Assembly: GCA_003344405.1 (NCBI GenBank)
Contig: NOWV01000011.1
Location: 248,001 to 312,000 of the forward strand
Reading direction: 5' to 3'
Source: Trichoplax sp. H2
Taxonomy: Eukaryota
Length of the DNA stretch: 64,000 bases
Made by a program: the position numbers and the translations under genes. The notes below the pieces were generated by a model. The model saw only the letters and a program-made list of their open reading frames with translations. It had not been told where the DNA came from and searched no databases. Numbering within the stretch: position 1 is the first letter of the stretch; each line of letters opens with the position of its first letter. Shown here in pieces: positions 54,427-64,000 of this stretch.

Positions 54427-57400
54427 TTAAGCCTTTTCCATCAACTTGCTATAATTGTAGCGTATTTTCCGACTCGATTTTTTCTCTTTTGGTTGGCTAG
54501 CTAGCCAAGATTCTTGAGAATCAGGAGCGTCAATATAATCAGATCTAAGGATCATGATAAAGAAGTGTTAGCATTCAAGTGTGGTATTTATAAGAAATAT
54601 CACGTAAGCAAAATCATAGCATAATCTGTTCATATTATTCCTTTAGTATTTCGCTGTAATGTCATAATCTACTTACTCGCTATCTGAACTTTCACTCTCG
54701 ACAGCTTCCTTGCTAATTGATTCAGCAATTTCGCTTTCATCATGCTTACCGCTATTATCTTTTGTCTTAACTTCTTTACCTTTCTTTACTTTAGCACCTT
54801 TTTGGCTGTCCTCAACATCCATTGATCTGTCTTTACTTGTGGTATCGTTACTGTTGTTTATAGAATTCTAATTGCAATATCATAAAAGCTCTCTATCAAC
54901 TTTAATCTATAAAGGAATGCAATATTAGATGTGGTTATTACATTTGACTGTCTAGCAGCTGTACGGCCGGATGACCTCATGGAACGTCGTCCTTTCGACT
55001 TTCTTTTCCCCTTCTGCTCTTTTACCGCCTTATCTTTGCTCAGCCATTCGTCTTCCTGAGGCTCTGTAGGTAGAATGTAACACTTCAGCACATGACTGAC
55101 CTAGACTCATTTACTCAATTCCCGAGAGCAATTATATTCAAAATTACCTTCTACGGGTTCACTATCTGCTTTGTCGTCTTTGTCATCTTCAATATCAGCC
55201 GCTTCTTCTGCATTGTTTTTCTCACCTTTTAAACCTTCAAAGTATATCCGAAGAGGGTATAACTCTTCATTTCTCATATTCGATTTCAGTTCACTAGGTA
55301 ATAAATCTTCCAAAAAAGGCAGCCTAATAGTGAGGGATGTTATTACATCAATAATCGCTACATCTGGTGATCGCCTGACCAATAGATATAAAAGAAAAAC
55401 AATACTTTTAGGATGCTTATACTAACACTCCTGCCGTTTTACTGCTTTTATCAACATCTAACAATCTGCACGAAAATTCGTTTAAAATAACTAAGAAAGG
55501 CAAGCGAGGATATGTAGGGACATCGTCGGATTTTTCAAGGGCATATTTGATCCCATCCCTAACCAATAAAAAAAGATGTCAAAAAGTGTTGATAGTTAAA
55601 ACAACCACTATTCAATAACCAAAAATCATTTCGGTTTTACCTATGTAAATTAATGAGATTTTGTCTGGTTGACTGGCTCTTGAGAGATTCTACTCCAAAC
55701 GTTAAACCGAAGCGTCGTGCTAACTCCTACGATGTTCAAAAATTTGTTAAATAGAAATGAAACTAGGATATAAATATTCATTTACGAGTAAATACCTTTA
55801 ACGGCTCAATATCTTTCAAGACGGATGAAGGACTTGCCAAATTTTCAAATTTAACACTTTCAAAAGCCTGTTAATTAAAATATTTGCAACGTTTATAGCC
55901 AATAAATATCTTGACAATGTAATTCATAGACGCTAAACTCACTTGCTGAAGACTTAAAAGGATCGTCGTTGTATATGCGGACAGATTACTTTGCCTTACT
56001 TTCGTCATGACATACTTAATAATATCTCCAAAATCTTTAAATCTCTGGCGTAAATTAACAGAGGAAGAATTTCCCCAAATTAACAGAGTATCGGTTATCA
56101 GTTAATAACTAAGAAAAAACTTCGTATATTACTTCCGTTTTCACGTATGAAATATTTCCATCATGATGAAGTTACCTTCAAATAATTAGCGAAGACTGGT
56201 GCAGCCAATTCGGTGTCAAATATTTTGTATACAATTAATTTACAAAATGCCGCTAATAAATTTCGTTTTTCACAAAACATTTCATAGTCGCTGTCTGGTA
56301 CATCTACACAGAAATTTGAAACTTTACCAAGTCGCTAATGATGGATGCAAACGATACGACATCAATTTTACCGTCTTTGCGAGATTCCAAATCAAAATCT
56401 TCATCAACATCGAAAACACATGACACAATAAAGTCTCTACAACGAATCTGAATGCTTCGATCAGTTTCATAAGCAAGTATGGTGGCAGGATCTATTTCAG
56501 TTCATTGTAATAGAAAATAAATATCGTACCGAATTTGTTAGGCATAACTAATATTACAGGACAATGTCACTTTCATATTATTCGTACCTGACTCCATTAA
56601 AGGCTTGGATACCATCATAAGAGTGTCGCAAAGAATACAAAATACCTAAAACGAAAAAAATTATTTTAAGTTTCAACCAATTTTATTTTTTCATAATCAA
56701 TCTGAATTTTACCTTTTTCTGAACAATGGAATTACCAAATTGCATTAATTCGTCACACATTCTCAGCAAATGGTTAAAGTTCTCCAATAAAGGACCTGTT
56801 TTCAACTATGGTAATTGACTTAAACGTTAATTTTTAATTGTCCATCGTTAATGGTTAATGAAATAAAATTAAGATTACTAAATTACTGATGACAGTGACA
56901 ACTACTTGAATCAATAGATATTCTCATCAGCCTACAAAATGTACCTGTCCACCTTCAGCTTCGTCATCCGAGAATTCCCAAGCAAGACTTAGTTGAACGC
57001 CTGACATTGCTAGGCATAACATCTACAATAGTGTTGACAATGCATTAATTCAAATAAACAAGAGAAAATAGTTAGAATACTTTAATTAAGGGATAACGAA
57101 ACTACTTAGTTCATACTGACCTCATCGTTAATCGATTTTCTAAGCCCGTAATCTACGACCGCGTTAAAATATGGTATGCACTCCCATGCCTTTATATTAA
57201 ATTCTCTACAAAATGCACATCAACATATTAAAGAAAGTACAAAATTTCTTAAAATAATAACCTTTGAATAATGATTAACACGTACTTGTGCATAACTATG
57301 ATTTTTCTTAAGTACGTTAGCATATTTATTTCCGTATCATGGTCACATTCTGACAATGCCTAAAAAATGTAGAGAATCATCAGGATTACAAATTGAGGAG

Positions 57401-60400
57401 AAAGCTACACCCATGACGTCTTAATATAATGAGATTGAGATTTACCCTCTCAACATTATCATTGATAGCTTCTTTTCCTCCAGTGCCTCCGAATATTTCC
57501 TTAAATTCATCTGTAACCCTGTCCATAATTTTGTGACGAGTAACTTCCTAATAACAAAAAATTAATAAAACAGCACGCTACTAAGAAATTGGTGTATCCG
57601 TTGATTTTACAGATCTTCTAACCCTTTACGAGCATATTAACTATGTTAACAAATACCAATCTATCAATAGTATTGCTTATTTAACGATAATACAAACCAC
57701 AGCTGTTTTAACATTAGATTCTTCGCCTAACAAACAACGTAACGTCTTGGCGCATACATCAAGCACCTAATACGCAAATAGATATTGATCACTGAGAATA
57801 TATCATTTTGTAACCGTCATCTACTGATATATATCACGTACACACCTCCATATCCGTATGTTTGTCTAGAATTCCTTCTATTTGTTTTAGCAACGCTTCC
57901 AAAACCTGGATATAATATAAATTTCACGCCGGATGGAAATACGTTATTGCATAATTTAAACTTACTTCATTTAAACGAAGTTACTTAAATTTAACGCATA
58001 CGTTTTGAAGCTCCATTTCTCCATACGCATCTAAGTCCATATATTGGGGTATTTCTACAAGAAATCCTATCTTTTCTCTTTCCGCAGAAAACTGCAGATC
58101 ATTTGATATACTTTAGTATTGCGACAAGAAATAACTAGAAATATCACATGTAATGATCACTATAGATTATACCTTAGCGAGAAGTTTCGGCAATATAAAG
58201 GAAAAATGTGTACTAATCCCATCTTTGAGTGATCGCTGGGCCCTTTTCTCTTTGCTAGAGATAAATCCCTAAGTAAAAACTGGATTAGCTACTAAAGGCT
58301 TACTTGCATTCAATAGCTAGTCTTCATAGATCTGTTACAATAGTACCTTTTTCCCCATCTGCCTACCAGGTGGCCCATGACCAACAGAACCTTGCTTAAT
58401 AGCACAGCACATGATCTTGATAAGTCTAAATTCTTCCTCATCATCTAATGGTTCTTCATCTTCCTTTAAGTGTTGACCTAAAAGCATTCCAGTCATTATT
58501 TCCCAATCCTAGGAACGTTTAATTGAGGAACATCAGATATCCAAAGTTAGAATCATGGAAATAATATTTAAAGCATGGTTTTAATTTACCTTTGTTTTCT
58601 TACCTTAAGTAATTCTGTGGAATTCCATAAGCTATCAACTAGATAGTCCGCTAATTCATGTACCTGCAAAAAAATGTAACTGTAACATGCGACACCAAGT
58701 AAAAGCGAGACAAATATGAATTGTATAACATAATAGCTGGTCAGGACTTACTTCCGTATCGATAAAGAATCGGATCAAATCTTTCATCATGCGTATCTTG
58801 GCTTTCTTTTTCATTAAATCTTAAAATGATTTGCAAATTAATCACCCATCGTAAAAATCATATTTATCTTATATTTGTTACTACCGGTAGAAACACCATC
58901 ATCTTTTTCCGTATCATTGTCACCAGAAAACAACCAAGTACTAAGAAATTCTCCAGCAGCATGACTAATGTTCGGGTTGGAACAAAATACAAGCCGATAG
59001 ACTTGAGCGCAAGCAACATCATCTAAAATATCTTCGTATCTTTGGAATAAACCGGAGTACAGGTAGATAGAAAAATTAAAACAAATACTAGGGAATGAAA
59101 GCAAAACTGCCGAGTCAATGTCTACCTCAATAATATGGTCATTAATTTTATACTTTCTACGCAAACATCACATTCTTTATCGGACGTCATAATGATCATT
59201 CGTTCCTAAGATAGCAAAGTTAAGTATAATTACTGTATAATAGTTATAAGTATAAATGGAATAATTAATCTCACTTACGCAAAATCTTTTAGTGAAGATA
59301 TTCAATTGAGAAGAGAAATTCGCAACAGAGTACAGTTCCTGTAATACTTTGACCGCAGCAATGCGAACTGAACTGACCTATATCAAAAAATTAAGTAATT
59401 TGTGGACATCATAAATTAATACACTATTAACGAAGTAAGGTAACTGTAAGTTTATAGCAAACTAAATCATACCCAGCGTTTCTACTATACCTTATCGTTC
59501 AATGTCCACCCGATATATTTCATACAGTTATCATTCAAAAAAAGTGGACTGAAGAAATGAAGAAACATCATAAGTTTTGTAACAGCTATCGCCAGTAATC
59601 ATACACCGTGTAATCTTAATCACAATCGAAAAAATCAATTACAGACATTCAGGCATACCTATAATATCTAATCCAATTTCCTAACTGTTCTATGCACAAC
59701 GTCCTAATCTGAGGATTTATATCTCTATAATAAAAAGTAATTTAAATTAAGAAATACTCTTACAACATTAACTAATAGGATTAAGATTACCTATAACGAT
59801 GAACGAAGACACCAGTAAGAATATTCTTTAACAAATTTTCAAGAAAGGAAACATTCTCTTTAAGCTAAGAGTAGATGAATAAACGAGGCCTGTTGTAACA
59901 TGTGACACTCCAACAAATGAGATAAAAGGGATTATACCCGATCACATTTCGCAGTTAATGTATCTATCTTGTCACGGCCTTTTTTAGAGCTTGACTTTCT
60001 TTTTTCATTTTGTAGCTGATGCTGTAATGTAAATGATCCTGTTATCTATTACTTGCGCATGTTCTTTTAAAATTACGAGAATATAAGTAAGATGAGTATA
60101 CTAATCGGAATGCTTCAGCTCAAAAATACCTGGCTAACTTCCAATTCTCGTTTGACAGTTGTAATGACGGTAATTAATCCATTCCCAAGGTGCATCCCTA
60201 TAAATAGCGCAGATATAAAATATAAAATTATAAAATTGACAATGATAGCCGAAGGCATCTTGACAATTTTGACATCACCTAGGAATGTGCTCGTGTGCCT
60301 AAAAGCCCTAACTTGAGAATCAGCAAGTCTTATAAGCCATGATACAACAACAACCATGACATCATCATCATAGATAATATCATTCTGACAAGCAGCTACA

Positions 60401-62849
60401 AATTGGACAATAAAATCGCGCAAGTATCCCTACAACCAAAATCGATTTAAAAAAGATTATTAAACTCATGAAAATTACTTTTAATTCAAAGCCGCAATAC
60501 AAGCAAGCCATGCGAAGGAAACGTTACCTTCAGTTTCTTATATTTAGGTCCGGTCATGATAATAGGATATTCATTGCTATCCTGCAATTAAAGTTAAATA
60601 TTATATTATTACCAAGTAATTAACTTATGAACAGCGTAGCATTGAATGATAAATTGGTACGCCACTTCACGGTTAATGTATTCCCAGTAATCTGAAAGCA
60701 GACCTCATCAAATTTTAAAGTTAATTCTTGAATAGACTTGATATTTTCGGACTCTTTCAACATTTCTTCCGTAACAATGCCTGCAATGGTACAATATAAG
60801 AAAAATTAAGTAATGCACATATACAATGCAGAGTCCTGCAAATCACTTCAAATGACATTGTGGTTTAGTTATGTTCTCTGTGATAAATTCACCACGATAT
60901 AGTGTTACGATAGATGATAATGGTAAAGCGCGTAAGTATGTCCTAAAGCAATATATTTATCATTTTTAATTATCGTAAACACCTACCTTTACAGCCGCAG
61001 CAATGAACAATAAATTGAACAAGCTCTATCAGTCCTTTTTTATTATTTTGATTGTAATGAGTTATCCAATCATCGATGGTCATCTAGGAAAAATTTACAA
61101 TTTTTTTACGTTGTTATCACGTTTAATAACCAAGCATCAAATTCCATGATTTGATATGCACCTGCATAGCTTGTCCACTTAATACGGCCGCAAATATACT
61201 AGCATCATGTTCTACATTTAATACTTTTTTGGCAGTACTACGTCTTTTACGTTTCGCAACAGGTGTACTATCTTCTGTCTTATTAAGCTACAATATCCAA
61301 GGTTCGATGATAATTATAATTAGATGAATGAATTTGTGAAATTATTAACAGGAATTAAATGTTTAATCATTGCTATACCATAACAAGCATACATTATTTG
61401 ATATCATATCAGCATATAGAATTTATCGTTTTTATGTCCTTACACTTCTTTTACGCGGACTTGTCAAATTTTTAGCACGATTGTTTTTTCCCTTTTTCTG
61501 CGATGCAGGCGTATATTCTTCGTCACTAATACAGAATTGATGCTTTAGCTATCATAACATTTTCTATCAACTCTTAAGTCTAATGTTTTTTTATTCACTC
61601 TAGTACTGATTTAATCTACCTAAATTTGCTATCAAAATTAATCTTTACCCACTTAATTATTAACATATTAACAAAAAGTCAATTTATTACTTCGACTAAG
61701 AAAGCTATTATGAGGCACCTACAACATACATACGACGTTAATTAATAGAATAGAATATCATCACATCGTTTCACTCTCATATTACTGTATTATTGCCGCT
61801 ATGGTAAATTTCAGAGCTGGTGGGTAATCCTTCACTTAAATCTATAACAAATGACTACAATTATAACCAAGTGCCTTTCTCGTTGAATTTTAAACTAGCA
61901 ATAAAGTGCAATACATTCAATCAGTAGTAGGCTACAACTAAGCAACAAATACTAGAAATGTTTGGTGTAACTATGACTCTTTTATGCCGGAGTATTTAGA
62001 ATCTATCCATTGTCTATAGCATAAATCAGCACATATACACGTATATAATGAGTAGATATATAGGTAATGTTAATAAATCTTCTGCAGCACTACAAATATT
62101 AAGACTTTCAATATGTGTCAACAGGCCTGTAGTAAAATATATATTTACTCGTATAAGAAGTACAATCAATTGATTAATCAATTAAAAAGAGACTTTTTCA
62201 TATAAAAAACTTAATTACTTTATCTCATCTTCAGATGCGGTTACTCTCTCATTCTCATCAACATCGCCATCTACAAAAAAATTGGTCTTGGTAACCTTCC
62301 TTCGTTTTGGAGTCTAAATATTGGGTAATAAATAGAAGCAACGGCTTTATCAATTCATATTAAATGATCTTTCTGTCAACTAGCACTAACTAATTTATAT
62401 TTGATAAATACGTAAATCAATTCAAATGGTAGTATATCCATGCCGACATTAGTTACAAGAAAGAACTTATTGAGTATCATTTTACTGAACTCCAAACGTA
62501 AACATTGCATATTATAAATTGTCTTGTCCAGCATGGAGACATATTTAAATTAGAGTATAGTGAAAAGATGAGTCCTTATATCGACTTAAGATGTAGTAAA
62601 CAACTATAAAGATATGCAGTATTCGTATCTAACCAATATAGGGTAAAAATTGACTTTACTATAGAAATATGCCATGTTGGTAAAATCGACTATTTTACAA
62701 TAAGAATATGAATATCCTGTAAAAAAGATTTAAGATAATATTGAAAATTATAAAAATTATACAACACTTACCCGCGTTTTAGACTGCCTTCCTTTATTAG
62801 CGGCAGGATTGCCCGGTGAAGTACTTTTCCTTTTACGTAAAGTAGGCAT
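54427..62849 (-). CDS. Cohesin subunit SA/STAG (Scc3 family); multi-exon
   Basis: Probable start MPTLRKRKS at 62849, with an in-frame TGA just upstream. Exons give IDDWITHY...[117 protein letters not shown] and ELARRFGLTFG. TAA at 54429-54427. STAG1/2 versus STAG3 cannot be resolved by eye. Confidence 0.92.
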
Positions 62850-62944
62850 GGAGAACTGAGGTGGTGGTGGTGGTGGTCAATGGATATCTATGGAACATGA
62901 ATTGTAAAAAATCACTATTCATTACAGTAACGTACGAGCGTTGC

Positions 62945-63370
62945 GTATGGAGAGAATTAGCAACTAAAAAAATAATTCGAACTATCTCAGTGTTCCATTT
63001 ATCTACGATCAACACAGACTAGGTAACATTGTAACGCATGGTAACCATACTATAACTTGTGGAATGATATATTACGTATATCATTTGAAGGTATCATTTA
63101 GCATTTCCTCTTACTCGTACAGTATTTAGAATACCAAAAACGAATCACTGTCCATTACAGTAATATACTATACTCACATAGCTTGAGAAAAGAATGAAGA
63201 AATGAAAATTAATTTGAACTATTTCAAAGTTCCATTTTATCTACAATCAATACAGAATAAGCGGCATTGCCATGCCATGCATGGTAGCAATGCTGAAGTT
63301 TGCGGAATAGCATAGTGTATTATTTGAAGTGTCATTTAGCATTTCCTATTCTTGGTACGGTATTTTTAGT
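62945..63370. repeat. Diverged direct duplication (two copies of about 185 bp, period about 240 bp) upstream of the STAG start codon
   Basis: gaactat.tca..gttccattt(t)atctac.atcaa.acaga...gcatggta...atttgaag..tcatttagcatttcct occurs at about 62978-63130 and about 63216-63370. Confidence 0.8.
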
Positions 63371-64000
63371 TCCTATCCATGTTACTGAAATAGATAATCA
63401 GCCAACAGAATGCAACCACTACAATGTCGTAACATGAATACTAATAACCGAGTGGATGCAACTGTCATAAACTGTATCTTTCACTCTTTTCCACTGTCAA
63501 GGAGAATATCAAAGTATAAATCCATTTGTATCTTCCACGCGGGCAAGTACAGTATTGAATGTCAGTGAATGTATAGTAGTCCTGGATAAAGCGTCTCTCT
63601 TCTATCCTACAGTATTTCCCGCCGTAGACGAGTTGCTATCCAATTTCTAATTGTTCATAATAGTCTATTGGCCAACTTTAACCAAAGAGTAAAGTAATTC
63701 TACTTGTCTAGTTTACTCTTAATCCATGTAGACTACCATAGCCACTCTTTCTACATTGTAAAGTGTGTAATAAAAGCAAGCCTAATGCTGTACAGTGCAT
63801 AAAATAGAACATACAACTATGAGATCTTTCAATAGACTGTGTACAAAAGTGCACTCATTTTGCCACCAATTCAACAACAACATTTGCCATTCTCAATTTG
63901 CTGTCATTACGTCTACCTCATACCAGTATAAAGAGCTAGTTATTTTTCAAGGGTATTTCAATCAGCTTTTAATCCTAAGCCTAGAAACTTACCGAAATTG

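Overview
AT-rich eukaryotic (animal) genomic DNA with densely packed genes and many short GT-AG introns. The style suggests an early-branching metazoan such as a placozoan (Trichoplax-like); that is an inference only. Most entries in the supplied ORF track are spurious or exon-plus-intron read-through, so the gene models were assembled by hand from splice sites. Eight apparently complete protein-coding genes, in order: TM9SF2-a (-), UBAC2 (+), a divergent TM9SF2-b paralog (-), a PIX/ARHGEF6/7-family RhoGEF (-), an AGFG-family ArfGAP (+), FIS1 (+), an ELOVL6-like elongase with an intronless CDS (+) and a STAG/SA cohesin subunit (-). Main observations: (1) the PIX-family GEF carries an exon-for-exon internal duplication of the whole DH-PH cassette, giving SH3-DH-PH-DH-PH-GBD, and seems to end without the C-terminal coiled coil; (2) TM9SF2-b has lost the C-terminal KxD/E motif kept by TM9SF2-a; (3) the AGFG gene builds an FxxF-motif array from symmetric micro-exons, including a recent 151-bp exon duplication, and has a WGQ-repeat tail; (4) CAGTA/TACTG palindromic clusters concentrate at gene starts; (5) the gene neighbourhood matches human linkages (UBAC2-TM9SF2; AGFG2-FIS1-STAG3). 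No rRNA, tRNA, CRISPR array or autonomous transposon was recognised.
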